The notes: generated by a model not told the origin, from the sequence alone. Counted from the stretch's first letter, positions 40,756-54,493 are shown. The stretch: 64,000 bases of DNA from Eledone cirrhosa (GCA_964016885.1 OZ024741.1:240808001-240872000); one strand, 5' to 3'. Program-made: numbers and translations.

Positions 40756-40931
40756 TGAGGGTCAGCTGAAAAATTAATAGGCTGACTATGTAGGAGTGAT
40801 GCTAGATCTGTGAAATCTTGCATGCATTAATTTTAACTCTTCATATTAATAACTAGATTGAAAAATAAACCTCATTTGGTAATTTCATGAGAGTATCTTG
40901 GTGAACCTGTTAACTTTTCAGCTGACCCTCG
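40756..40931. mobile_element. mariner-type MITE
   Basis: GAGGGTCAGCTGAAAA ... TTTTCAGCTGACCCTCG-TA. Confidence 0.7.
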
Positions 40932-41007
40932 TACATATATTTGATATATATATGTTGATAAAAAATTGGAGGTCATACTCAGTTAACCACATACTCTAAT
41001 ATATATA

Positions 41008-41127
41008 TATTATTCAAAATATTTTGAATAATATTAAAAACTCCAGGAAAACTTTTTCAGTTGAGTGCTTTTAATCTATTGTAAAACTGTATTCATTGAG
41101 TAATCAATGAACCATATTAATCTTTGG

Positions 41128-41130
<3 letters not shown>
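41008..41130 (+). mobile_element. Minimal tail-only cassette (short palindrome plus CTCCAGG...GAGTGCT) in (TA)n
   Basis: TATTATTCAAAATATTTTGAATAATA palindrome, then a tail homologous to 26088-26180. Confidence 0.7.
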
Positions 41131-41170
<40 letters not shown>

Positions 41171-41599
41171 TATATCGACTCAGTTGCCATAGATGGAATG
41201 CATTTCTGTTATTTTCTTATATAATGGAAGTAAAATTATAAGAAATAACAAAAGAACTGTGCGTCTCCATTACATACGCTGTTAATATTGTTGTTGTTGA
41301 TGCTGTTGTTGTTGATGTTACCATTGTTGTTGTTGTTGATGTAATTGTAGTTGTTGCTATTATAATTGCTGTTGTTGTTCTGTATCTAATTCAATAATAT
41401 ATTTGTTCTTTGATTGAACACTATGAAAATGGAAGAAAGCAAAGTGATTTTCCGGTACTTGGTGAGATTCTTTTAACTAGAAATCAAAAACCTCACAACA
41501 TGAGCCACACATTAGACATCTGTTATTTAAAGAAACACGGCTTCATTTTCTTTTTTGTGGTGGTGGGGGAATACAATCTAAGAGCTGATAATGATGGCT

Positions 41600-42478
41600 A
41601 ACAGCATCAAACACTGGTGATGGCTAACTCGGTGAGTGATGACTACAGCATCAAACACTGGTGATGGTTAATTCAGTGAGTGATGACTACAGCATCAAAC
41701 ACTGGTGATGGCTAACTCAGTGAGTGATGACTACAGCATCAAACACTGGTGATGGCTAACTCAGTAAGTGAGGACTACAGCATCAAACACTGGTGATGGC
41801 TAACTCAGTGAGTGATGACTACAGCATCAAACTCTGGTGATGGTTAATTCAGTGAGTGATGACTACAGCATCAAACACTGGTGATGGCTAACTCAGTGAA
41901 TGATGACTAGAGCATCAGATACTTGTGATAGTTAACTCAGTGAGTGATGACTACAGCATCAGACACTGGTGATGGCTAACTCAGTGAATGATGACTAGAG
42001 CATCAGATACTTGTGATGGTTAACTCAGTGAGTGATGACTACAGCATCATACACTGGTGATGGCTAACTCAGTGATGATTAACTCAGGAAATGATGACTA
42101 CAGCATCAGACATTTGTAATGAATAACTCAGTGATGATGACTATGGCATCAGGCATGGGTGATGGCTAACTCAGTGAGTGATGACAACAGCATCAGACAC
42201 TGGTGATGGCTAACTCAGTGAGTGATGACTATGCCACCAGGCATGGGTGATGGTTAACTCAGTGAGTGATGGCTGCAGCACCAAACGGTTAACTTAGTGG
42301 TTAACTTAGTGAGTGATGACTGGCATCAGACACTTAGTGAGTGATGATTACAGCATTAGTTACTGGTGATGGCTACAGCATTAGTTACTGGTGATGGCTA
42401 GCTTAGTGAGTAATGGCTACGGCATCAGCCACTGGTGATGGCTTAGTGACTGGTGACAACATGATAACAGCATCAGTC
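41600..42478. repeat. 44-bp minisatellite, ~19 copies, decaying rightwards
   Basis: ACAGCATCAAACACTGGTGATGGCTAACTCAGTGAGTGATGACT repeated. Confidence 0.95.
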
Positions 42479-43184
42479 TCTGTAACATTTTGCTGTCATC
42501 GAAGTAACACCTTGTTAGCCATATTTAAGCCACTGAGCCTGGGAATGCTGAATGCACCAGCTTAGCTCAACCTGGTCTTATGGTTGTGCAGGGCAAATAA
42601 CTCTCATCCTTGAGCTTACATACCAAAAGATCACCTGTATCAATTTTCAGTAGTATTATACACACCAGTTAAACACTTCTACTTAATCTCACACCAACAT
42701 GATGACTGCATTGGTTTTGTAGTGACATCAGTTACCAGAAACCCTGCCTACAAACAACTACTACAGAAAACGATGGAGCACCATTAACCACCATGTTGTC
42801 TATGTCAACTAGATGGTTTTAAACATCTCATGTTACTATAGTATATATAATACCACATGTTCTTAAAATCCCAGTTCACAAGCCTCTATATTTTAAATAT
42901 CCCTTACTTTTGAAGCATCAAATGCTTTTGTGGCTGCAAATATGACCACCTTTTCAGATGCAATAAAAAAATAAGTCAAACTTATATGTGTCTGTGTGTG
43001 GTGGTGTCTGGGGGTGGTGGTGAGTGTATGTATGTGTGTCTGGCGCTTGAGTGGGGAGGGGATGTATTTTTGTGTATAAGGATGAATCGAGACTGAGCGA
43101 GGCAATATGTTATTGAAAAATATATAAATATTTAATTACTTCAAATCAATTTTTTGTATTAGAAATGATATATGTATGTAAATA

Positions 43185-43280
<96 letters not shown>

Positions 43281-43406
43281 GAGAGAGAGAGAGAGAGTAT
43301 GTGTCTGCGTGTATATGTCTATGCATTTATGTGTGTGTGTATGTATGTCTGTAACTTAATGCAATAATCTGTTGGTTTTATATGATTAATATATTAATAT
43401 AGAATA

Positions 43407-43479
<73 letters not shown>

Positions 43480-43659
43480 TCATAATACATATAAATTACT
43501 GTACAATATATATATATTAGTATATAATATACATAATATATAATACATATAATATATTAATATGCATTATATATCATATACTAATATACATTACATATAT
43601 CACATCAATTTAAAATACATGTAATGTATTTATCTACTATATAAATATATAGAAATGTA

Positions 43660-44103
43660 CTACATGATATATAACAATGATATGCCACAATGGGATATCA
43701 TAGCAATATATAACAATGATATGTAACAATAGTATACCACAATACTATATCACAATACTATGTCACAATGCTACATCACAATTACTATGTCACAATGGTA
43801 TGTCACAAGGATATTTAACAATGATATGTAACAATAGTATATTGCAATGCTATGTCACAATGATGTATTACAATGCAATGTCAGCATGATATATAACAAT
43901 GATATGTTACAATACTATGTCACAATACTATGTCACAATTCTATATCACAAAGTTGTGATCACAATGACTTACCCTAATACTATGTCACAATATATCACA
44001 ATTCTATGTCACAATGATATATAAATAATGTCACAATACTATGTCACAATGATATATAACAATGCTTTGTAACAATGGTATGCCACAATGCTATGTCACA
44101 ATA
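43660..44103. repeat. 13-bp-unit degenerate minisatellite (CACAATACTATGT)
   Basis: Direct inspection. Confidence 0.85.
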
Positions 44104-44181
44104 GTAATAATAACCAATTTATATGCAACAGAGAATCAATAAATGAAAGACATATTTAACATACAACAGTAACTGTCTTAC

Positions 44182-46584
44182 CTTTGAGGCTTTTGGAAAT
44201 GTTTTTACAATTGTTGGTGTCATCCATTCCTTTTGTGATTCTTCTTCTGGATAAAACTGACTTCTAGATTTCATTGATTGGTCATCAATGTCCGCTATCT
44301 CTTCTGGGTTCCTTGTTATCATACCTGCAGTGTTAGCTTGGTAAATCAACTGCTTCATTTCAGTTCGTGACCGATAATGTGGATTGTCACCTGTCCTTGC
44401 ATTCACATTTCGGCCATTTTGACTCCTAACAATGCATGTTGTGATGAAGATAACTATTGCTATGGAAACTACCACTGCTATTATGACGATAATTATAACT
44501 AAATTGATGTCTATCATATCACCTGATTGAACATGAACTGCTGTCAAAATCGTCGATGTCTTATTGCTAACTGTTAATGTTAAAGATACTGTTGTTGTGG
44601 CTGACAAAATTGGACTGCCACTGTCCTTGACAACTAACTTAAGATTATATGCACCTGCATCATTTTGGTACACAGTGCGAGAGAATGATAAGACACCTGT
44701 GTAAGGATTGACACCAAATAATTGTTTGTCATTACCCTTAAGTATTCCATATTTAAGAAATGCATTTTCCCGACTGTCCCTATCGAAAGCCCTCAGAACT
44801 GTGATATCGTTCTTACTCTGAGGATAATAGTGGACATCAAGACTGAAAGGATCAACACTGGGGAATGTAAAGTAGGGGGCATTGTCGTTCTCATCAACAA
44901 CCTCAACAATAACATTTGCTGTGTTGTTTAATGAAGGGACACCACTATCTCGGACAAAAACCTTGAACTTATAAATATTCCGTTCTTCCCGATCTAATGC
45001 TTTAGTTGTAGAAATAAATCCATATTCAGTTATCTGAAATGGAAAAACATTTTGCTTTTTATCCAGAAGAGAATAAACCAGCTGACCTCCTGCTCCCAAA
45101 TCAGGGTCAACTGCACTAATAAAACCAACAGGAAAGTTTGCTGTTTCACTCTCATAGGTCAAAAATTTAAATGTCTCCTTAATAAATTTAGGCTGAACAT
45201 CATTAACATCCAGCACTTTGATGGTAAACAGTTTCCGTGAGTGTAAAGGTGGGGAACCATTATCTTGACAGCTAATTCTAATATCATACTGACTGGTAAC
45301 CTCTCTGTCAACAGAACCTTTCATTGTAATCTTATATTCTTTTGAAGCTAGACTGAGAAGCTGGAACTTCTCATGTTTTAATTCACACCTAACTTCTCCG
45401 TTTTCACCATTGTCATTGTCAATAACCATTACGTAAGCAATAAAACTGCCCACTTCAATGTCTTCTGAAATTACTGTCGTATTTTCTTTCAGCCCTGACA
45501 CAAAGTCTACATCAATACTTGGTGGATTGTTCTGTTGATTAATGAAATTAACAAGAACCAATGCAGACGAACTCAATGATGGACTTCCACCATCGATGGC
45601 TTCAACAAACAGTTTATATGTTTGCTTTTGTCCAGGGAGAAACATTTGCCGTACAGATATTTCACCAGTGTATTGATTTAAACGGAAACTATTTCGGTCA
45701 ACATCTAAAGTCTTTGGGCTGAAGTAATACATAACTTTACCATTTTCACCAGAATCTAAATCTGTTGCTGATACTGTAATGACTGGTCTGTCCTTTCTAT
45801 AAGTACTTTTTATTGAAACATTGTAGATACTTTTAGAGAAAAATGGTAAATTGTCATTTACATCAATGACAGATATTTCAATTTTTAACACTCCTTGCTT
45901 TGAAGGAGACCCTCCATCTGTGGCAATCACTTCTAGAATATAATTGTCTTTTACTTCCCGATCAAGTTTCTCTTCTAAGAGAATCCCAAGTTTAGATTTT
46001 CCACCAATCCGTTCTGATACGGCTAATGAGAATGGTTCGTTTTTATTTTTATTCAATCGATAAGTTACTTGAGAATTTAAAATGCCGACATCTCCATCAA
46101 TGGCATTAGGAATCGGTTTAGTGGTTCCTTTACCATCAGTTTCATCAAATTGAAGATTAAATTGTGTACTTGGGAACTCTGGCCTGTGGTCATTAACATC
46201 TTTTATAATAACTTTAACTTTGAGAATCTTCATAAATGTCTTGGCTTTACGAACTGCTACCTTGACAATCACAGAACATTCCTTGTTGTACATACACAGC
46301 GACTCAGTATCCAATGTCCGAGCTGTGTAGATTTCACCAACTTTGGTAATGTTAAACTGTTGGGTCTCCCTTCTCTGAAGCTGGCTGAATTTGATCAAAC
46401 TGTAATCTTGAGCTGAGATTGTCTCTAAGAGCTGTGAATCAACAGCAATATTTCCAAGGTATGTCCCAGGAATTTTGCCTTCCTCAACATGATAAACTAG
46501 ATCCACACAATATGTACTGTGAAGGAACAAGATTAAGATACTAATTTGTCTGAGCATATTGTCATTGCTTTCTCTGTAGAACAT
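44182..46584 (-). CDS. Protocadherin large coding exon (801 codons: signal peptide, EC1-EC6, TM, start of cytoplasmic tail); continues in downstream exon(s)
   Basis: DVNDHRPEF, LDREVKD, DVNDNLPFF, DREVTSQY, DVNDVQPKF, LDREERN, DENDNAPYF; EC1 LDTESLC..C motif; TM LVIIIVIIAVVVSIAIVIFITTCIV; acceptor TTTTGTATTTACAG|G at 46607/46606; donor AAG|GTAAGA at 44182/44181 (phase 0). Confidence 0.95.
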
Positions 46585-47148
46585 CAGAAGGAGGTATCAA
46601 GTGTTCCTGTAAATACAAAATAAAGTTTGAATATAATAGTAATATAATTTGTAAGATGATACAATATAAAAACAGTATAATAGTAACATATTATAATGTA
46701 ATGCAATATGGTGCGAATGTAGTACAACATATTAACAATATAGAACAATACAATAGTAATATAGTATAATAAATAGTAATATTGTATCATGAAATAATTG
46801 TTTCTTAGTACTGTTTGTGTTGTGAAAGATGAGCTACAGGTATTGAGGCCTTTAATATCCAGCATCTCCAGAAGATCCTTTCTCTCATCTGGCAAGATAG
46901 GATTACACACACAGATATCATCTGTCAAACTAACACCAGCAGCAATGAAACTACACTATACATGAAATGGTTTGATGCATATATTGCATGTGTCTGATTT
47001 GCATCTTTCTTGTAGGATCTTCTATGATCAGCTGCACCACAGTCATCATCTAACCACTAAGCCATGTACCTTCACTATGAGTAATATTCTATAATATAAT
47101 AACAACATAGAATATGATATCAATATACAACAATATAATATCATCATA

Positions 47149-47520
47149 CGAGGGTTGTCCCAAAAGTAAGGGTCCTGATTTTCTTATGTACGACATGGTA
47201 ACACATTTTCAATTAGAGAATTTCTGGCCAAGAAAAACATTCCCACTCTTCCACATCCTCCCTATAGCTTAAATCTAGCTCCATGTGATTTCTATCTCTT
47301 GAAATCGAAGTGGAAGGATTATCTGTTTGGGACTGTGAAAAACACACAAAATATTGTAATTAAGGACACTCACAGAAAATGTTTTCCCATACTGCTACAA
47401 TAAATGGAAAAAAGTTGGACTCCAAGGGTTGTATTTTGAAAGAGAGAACTTGTAATTTCATGTATCTCTAATATACATTTAAATACAACATCAGTACCCT
47501 TACTTTTGGGATAATTCTTG
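47149..47520 (+). mobile_element. Internally deleted mariner transposon
   Basis: TA-CGAGGGTTGTCCCAAAAGTAAGGGT ... ACCCTTACTTTTGGGATAATTCTTG-TA TIRs; 47221-47300 translates FLAKKNIPTLPHPPYSLNLAPCDFYL (YSPDLAPxDF motif). Confidence 0.85.
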
Positions 47521-47533
47521 TATAGTAGCAATA

Positions 47534-47828
47534 TCATCATCATCATCATCACCGTTCTTTCACACTAGCATGGGTTAGATGGGTTAGACGGGTTGTCCTG
47601 TTGTGGGCAGTGTCTGGTCGGCTGACCATGCCTTGCTCATACGGGAATTGATTCTGGCTTGATTTCTACAGCTGGATGCCCTTCTTAACACCAACCTCAT
47701 TTACAGTGAGTGCTGGGTGCTTTTTTACGTGGCGCCTACATGTCCACTTTACAGTGTGGGCTGGGTGCTTTTTTGCCATGGCACGACCACTTTACAGTTG
47801 GAGGGGGTGGGGGCGTATTGTCTATATG
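47534..47828 (-). mobile_element. RTE-related 3' module, homologous to 29680-29980
   Basis: Sequence similarity by eye; (TGA)n end. Confidence 0.8.
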
Positions 47829-47873
47829 AAAAATATGGAACGCTTCACAAATTTGCGTATCATCCTTGCGCAG
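47829..47873 (-). pseudogene. U6 snRNA 3'-end fragment (retroposed)
   Basis: Minus strand CTGCGCAAGGATGATACGCAAATTTGTGAAGCGTTCCATATTTTT matches the U6 3' end with 2 C>T changes. Confidence 0.9.
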
Positions 47874-48451
47874 TATAGATATAATAATACAATCACAATG
47901 TGAAGAGAAGGGGTCAAAGCTGCATAACATCCTAAAATATAGTTGAATATGTTAAAGATAATCTATATTATATTTACTTTGAGGAAAAATCATTTTAGTC
48001 ATTCAAAAAAACACAAAAACAGCATGACAAATGTTTTGACACCAAGAAATAAATGATAAATGTAAAGTTAATTTAAAAGTTGTGGTGTTTTTGAATGGCT
48101 AAAATGACTCTTCCACAATGTAATTGCTTTAGTTTCAACACACTGTCTCAGATCAAGTCACTTGCCAAATATGTACAACTATGAAATATGATTTATTTCA
48201 CATTTCATAATGCATCATTCACAATAAAGCTGAAAGTATAGTTAGTTGGAATGGTATTACTGTATACTCTCATGTATAAATTACACTGGAAGATAAATCA
48301 TGCATCCATTTTACATACAACACTCTTAGCTCTGTACTTTATTCACATATAAGAGTTTTGTAGATAAGTCACATGCTGGTTCTACATTGATTCTGTTTGT
48401 TTTGTATATAATGAGATGCAACTTCTACTTGTGTGTATACAATATGAAATA

Positions 48452-49800
48452 CTAGCTGGCCCGTCCGGCTGGCACCCGGCTAGGTATACCAACATTTTAT
48501 CTCTTCAGGAATCCCCCCTACACTCCAGTGCAAAGATACCGCACACCCTTTCAAGTCAGCAGGGGGTGTTAACATGTTCTGATGTTGGGTTTAAATAGTT
48601 TTTAGGATTCCCCACTTCAGCAGCCAGTACGATAAAGAAAATTGATAGTTACAACAACATTTTTTAACAAACAATAATTTGTACAACCATAATGGAAATT
48701 CCAAGTAACAGAATATATTTAAATTACATTGTTAGAGCCTCAGAGTATACAATATTTTTTGTTCGGCCCTCGGGAGCAAAGATGAAGAGATTATTTGGTG
48801 AGCTCACTCTAGAGCATCCTACATACAATTGACCATCGGAGAATCACTGATTCCATAGCTCGTCTCGCGGAGAAGCTCTGTAGACATTGACCTCTGGAGA
48901 CTCCTGTCAGGAGCAGGTAAGCTGTAGTGACTTAGAGGCCTACCACCAATCTCCAGGACACTGTTTTCAAGACAAATGAGCGCCTCATTGAAAACGACAT
49001 CGTATGTTACGTTTGGATTGTGTCTGCGTGTGCGGAGAAGGATGTCCTCAGCTAGACTTTCACAGTGGTTGTTCCACAGTGCGAGAGGGTCAGCGAGATC
49101 GCAGTTGTGCAACATAATAGCAAAATGTTTTCGCAGCTGAGAAGGGACTTTAGAAGTTGCTGCTTCTTGCAGGGTGAGGTGCCAATGGCTGTCATCGTGT
49201 AACATACCACGCATCATTGATGGTTCTCAGATCTTGGAAAGACTGTGGTCCTCTAACCTCGAACAGTAACAATGACGATAAGCCATCTGTGCTTTCGTGA
49301 AATAAATAGGTTTTTTGTTTTTAAGTATGCAAAAATATTTGTACACGAATATATATATTAAAATAACAGATTAAAGTTTAAGCAAAGAATCGCTGCTTTC
49401 ACCCTTAACAGGATCTTCTGAAACTAAAAAAAAAACCGCCTGTGAACGCAGAAGTAAATATTTTGAAAAACGTTATCTAATACAGACAGCCAGACATACA
49501 GAGACATATAGCTATGTATCTATCTAAAAAGACAGACTAAGAAAAAGAGGGGAATGTTGAGCGACGTCATAAGAAAAAGTGAGGAATGACGTATAACCGG
49601 AAGTGTTGAGATTTGAAATTTTAAAGAAGTGAATATTTAAATAATGTCTTTAATCTTTTAACGAAATTCAGTAGACAAAAATACCCTCACTTTTTTAATT
49701 GGAAAAAGTTACATCTATGGTGCAAATTTGGTGCTGTTTGGCCCAGCCGTTTGGCGGAAAGTTTGTTACCTACATATGGCCGTCAGCTTTATAGTATAGA
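48452..49800 (-). mobile_element. Internally deleted Helitron with both termini intact
   Basis: A|TCTATACTATAAAG at 49800; CCGG-GTGCCAG-CCGG hairpin then CTAG|T at 48452; RepHel fragment (DDSHWHLTLQEAA...QLRKHFAIML...PLALW) and PIF1-type C-terminus GQLYVGCSRV...TKNIVYSEAL (~48735-48840). Confidence 0.9.
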
Positions 49801-50039
49801 TATGACTGAAATGGGGTTCTTTCAAAGTGTCTTTGGAGTAAGGTTACTTGATAGGGTGCATGCAGTGCCAGATTTACCATTGTGCTCAGGTGTGCTTAAG
49901 CGCAGAGCACCATTGGTCAGGGTAGCCCAAAATATTTTTACAATGAATTTTTCAAAAGTAAGGGGCCTCATAACTTAACTAGCACAAGGCCTCATTTGTC
50001 CTAAATCCGGCACTGGAGATCATGGTGTTGCCCCAGGTA

Positions 50040-50315
50040 GAACCACTACTTCTCCAGAGTGATAGATTACAACTCTAATAATATGGCATGTGGTCAGAAT
50101 GTCTAAGAAAAGAATCACTGGACAAATTTTACAGGCAAAGCCAACCGGCAGGAGACCCAGGGGTAAGACCACAAACATCCATGAGCTTAACTGGTCACAC
50201 TTGGGGATTCAACTGAATCAATTGGAAATGGTTGCTTCTGATAGGATCCTCTGGAAGGCATGTGTGAGGGCTCTGCCCTCATAATTCTATGATGAATAAG
50301 TGGATGAAGAAGAAA
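50040..50315 (+). mobile_element. Decayed RTE-type LINE 3' end
   Basis: YGMWSE/VRMSKKRITGQILQAKPTGRRPRG; GAA-rich end. Confidence 0.6.
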
Positions 50316-51393
50316 AATATATATAGTAAGTTAAAAACAATTTTCAGCTCACCACATCAAGTATGGTAATCTCTACTTAACTATATGTTCTTTCTGTAGA
50401 AGGTGCCCTAGGAAATGTCATTATTTTAAATTCCCTAATCATTATGGCACCTTGGACAAGTGTATACTACCATAGCATTGGATTAGTCAATACTGTAGAA
50501 CTACAATTTGGTCGACAGAAACTATGTTGAAGACCATCAGATGAATTGATTGACTTGACCCTTTTGTTACCATGTTTTTAATCAAATACTCTGCCTATGA
50601 TTTTCAAATCACTTTGAAAAAACAATCATGGATTTGAATGGATTTAGTAATATAACTAACTTTTTCATTTTTAGGTTGTTTAGAAAATAACTTAACAACA
50701 GTTCCGACTTGAAAAATTATGATGGAAGGTTTTTAGATAATGTATGTATATACCCCTAACTCCTTACGGAGTCTTGGGGACACAGTCATGACATACAGCA
50801 TGTGGTTTAAAGTTGGACACTTTAAACCTAGCGGAGCCCAATCCATCTCCAAATCTAAATATAACCAATTTCTTCCAGAGAGGGTGAAGTGAGAAAGAGA
50901 TATAGAAGAAGAATCAACTTCAGTACTCAAAATTACTTAATCCAGCCTTGATCAATAGGTTCAACTTACAATTTCACACCAGTCCAGTGCACCTGCCTAC
51001 TGACTGAATATTCTTTATTGAAATCCACTCTGTTGCAAGGACCCAGGTTATGTTTCCAATCTGTGGATGACTCTCCCCTGCACATTCTTTGCACCAGTCT
51101 CAGAGACCCTGAAAAAAGGCCATAGGTATTTCTCTATCATCTGACAGCCATTGGATTGGCAGAATCGGTAGAACTTTGGACAATATGCTTAGTGGCATAA
51201 AGTTACGGCCCTTTACGTTCTGTGTGCAAATCCCGCCTAGGTTAGCTTTTCCTTTCATCCTTACAGGGTCAATAAAATAAAGCACCAGTAATGCACTCGG
51301 ATCGATTTAATCAACTTTCCCCTTCCCCCAAATTGCTGGCCTTTAAAACAAAACAATATTTAAAACAAAACAATAAAAAATCAAATCAAATGT

Positions 51394-51394
<1 letters not shown>

Positions 51395-51426
<32 letters not shown>

Positions 51427-51749
51427 TTTACGTCCGCTTTTCCCTGCTTGCAAGGGTGGGACGGGAACTGATTCTGGCTTGATTTCTACAGCTGGATGCA
51501 CTTCCTAACACCAACCTCATTTACAGTGAGTGCTGGGTGCTTTTTTTCCATGGCACCTACACGACCACTTTACAGTGGAATGATATGAACCCCAGTCCCT
51601 ATCATCTCATTTCTACAGCTGAGTAAACTGGAGCAATGTGAAATAAAGTGTCTTGCTCAAGGAAACAACACATCACCCGGTCTGAGAATTGGACTCACAA
51701 CCTTTCGATTACAAGGCCAATGCTCTAACCACTAAGCCATGTGCCTCCA
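51395..51749 (-). mobile_element. SINE family A, full length
   Basis: Family consensus match. Confidence 0.88.
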
Positions 51750-52279
51750 TTTGAATGTGAAATATTGGGGGATGACCTCAAGAGGTCAAAGTAAAAGTCA
51801 AGAAATGTGTTTGTATCTATTGTGGTTTGCTTGGTACAAGTTTTGTAGTAATCCTCATATCTGTCATTGACACATCTCTGTTTTATCATCGTTGTTTTTA
51901 TGTCCATTTTCCCTGATAGCAAGTGTTATACATAATCACATATTTTGGGTGGAGGCTATAGAAGGTTACATTGACCTTATATAGAAGGTTACATCAACCT
52001 TATATAGAAGGTTACATTGACCTTATATAGAAGGTTATAGGACTGGTATAATATATTACACAAACCCACTGTCCACATTGATGGGGTTTGAACTCAGAAT
52101 ATAAAGGAATACAAGATGTCATGTTCATTGCTTTACACACTCATATACACATTGATAAACATACATATACACACATTTATATACCTACAAATATGCACTC
52201 AAACTTACATACACACAGATAAGCATACATATATGTATTTGTACACCCACAAATATACACTCATACATGCATATAAACA

Positions 52280-52456
52280 TATATTCATGTGCACATGAAC
52301 ACATAATATACACATATTCATGTGCACATGAACACATAATATACACATATTCATGTGCACATGAACACATAATATACACATATTCATGTGTACATGAACA
52401 CATAATATACACACATTCATGTGTACATGAACACATAATATACACATATTCATGCA
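52280..52456. repeat. 33-bp minisatellite, ~5 copies
   Basis: ATATTCATGTGCACATGAACACATAATATACAC repeated. Confidence 0.9.
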
Positions 52457-52486
52457 TACATATAAAAACACACACAAATACATATA

Positions 52487-52726
52487 CCATATTTCCCAGC
52501 ATCGAAGACGCTACTTTTTTCCTAAAATAAGTCTCAAAAATCTACCATGCATCCTGGAGGCTGAAGGTTGACTTTATATAGAAGGACTGGTATAATATTT
52601 TACACAAACGCCTCCCCAAGAATGACATTCACTGTCCACATTGATGGGATTTGAACTCAAATTTTTGGTTGTCAAAATTAGGGTGCATCCTCGAGGACGA
52701 AGCGTCTTCGGCGCCAGGAAATATGG
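52487..52726. mobile_element. pogo/Tigger-like MITE
   Basis: TA-CCATATTTCCCAGCATCGAAGACGCT ... AGCGTCTTCGGCGCCAGGAAATATGG-TA. Confidence 0.75.
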
Positions 52727-52967
52727 TATATAAACACACATATGCTCACAGATAAATATGATCATATAAACACGCAACCATGTTCACACGAACACATATA
52801 CACACAAATGCATAGACATAAACACACGCACAAATACATATAAACACGCATATTTGCTCACAAATAAATATATACATATAAACGCACACAGATGCTCACA
52901 TGAACACATACACACACACACACACACACTCACTCATGCTCACACAAAGACATATACAAACCAAATA

Positions 52968-53390
52968 TTAATAATTGTTTCTACTTTTGGCACAAGGCCA
53001 GCAATTAACCCAGTGCATTACTGGTGCTTTATTTTATTGACCTCCGTAAGGATGAAAGGCAAAGTTAACCTCGGCAGTGCTTGAAGCTAGAACGTAAAGG
53101 GCCATAACTCTATGCTGCAAAGCATGATGTCTGACGCTCTACCGATACTACCAAACCATGACGTTGTTATGATATTATTATTCACTCAGAAGGGCGGTGG
53201 ATTGGCATTATTGGTAGAGGGTCGGACGCCATGCTTTGACGCATAGAGTTACGGCCCTTGCCATTCTGAGTTCAAATCCCGCTGAGGTTAATTTTGCCTT
53301 TCATCCTTATGGGGTTGATAAAATAAAGTACCAGTAATACACACTGGGTAATTGCTGGCCTTGTGCCAAAAGTAGAAACAATTATTATTC
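52968..53390. mobile_element. Two SINE family B copies head-to-head (52968-53156 minus, 53192-53390 plus)
   Basis: Family consensus in opposite orientations, ~35-nt gap. Confidence 0.82.
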
Positions 53391-53436
53391 ACTCACAAAT
53401 ACATTTAGTTATCCACCATGTTAAGATCGAAAACAA

Positions 53437-53555
<119 letters not shown>

Positions 53556-54243
53556 TCACACACATACAGACACATACAGACACATACAGACACAGACAGA
53601 GACATTACTTCTTAAGGATTCTATCTGACTTAAAAAATTATTTACCATTTCAACAGAAGTTATGCCAGAATTTTCTTAATTCTCTGGATTTGGTTTGTCA
53701 AATGAAAACACATAACATTGACTATATCTAGGACGTTGGAACAACAACAACTACAACAACTGCTGCTACTACTACTACTACTACTACTACTACCTCAGCT
53801 ACCTGCATCACCACAACCACCACTGCCACTATTACTACTACCACCATCACTACCACCTTCACAACCACCACTAGCACAACTACTACTACCAACACTACTA
53901 CTACTACTACTACTACTACCATCACTACCGCCACCACCACCACCACCACCGCCACCACCACCACCACCACCACCACCACTACTACTACTATACTGAAATT
54001 CAGAAATTCTTCTTGGAAATATATTTCTTAAAACAAACTTTAATCTGCTAGTTTTTTCTTTTGGTATTTTAAAGTTATTTTTGCTAAATAATTCACCAAC
54101 AAAATCAATTATTTCCCCCATCCTAATTACATCCTAATTAACCCTTTCTTTGCATTTATATTTATGTGATTAACTACTACGTGGTAGAATTTGCTTTTTT
54201 CTTTTATATGTGTGTGTGTGTGTGTGTGTAAATATATATATAT

Positions 54244-54443
54244 ATACATGTGAATATAGAATTTTATATATATAAAGTTTAATATAGAAATGACTTCAAC
54301 AAGACTAGAACTGTTTCATTCAAAAGAAATCATCAGACTTTCCAAATGATTTCTATTGAATGAAACAGTTCTAGTTCTGTAGCAGGTGTTTCTATATTAA
54401 ACTTGATGTTTACTTTCTACTAATGCATTGAGTATCTTACTAA

Positions 54444-54493
<50 letters not shown>

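Noticed and set aside
44119-44181. Last 20 codons of the protocadherin ORF
   Set aside because: They lie after a consensus splice donor and are probably intronic
53718-54121. Poly-Pro/Leu, poly-Val and Gly/Ser ORFs
   Set aside because: (CTA)n/(CCA)n trinucleotide microsatellite
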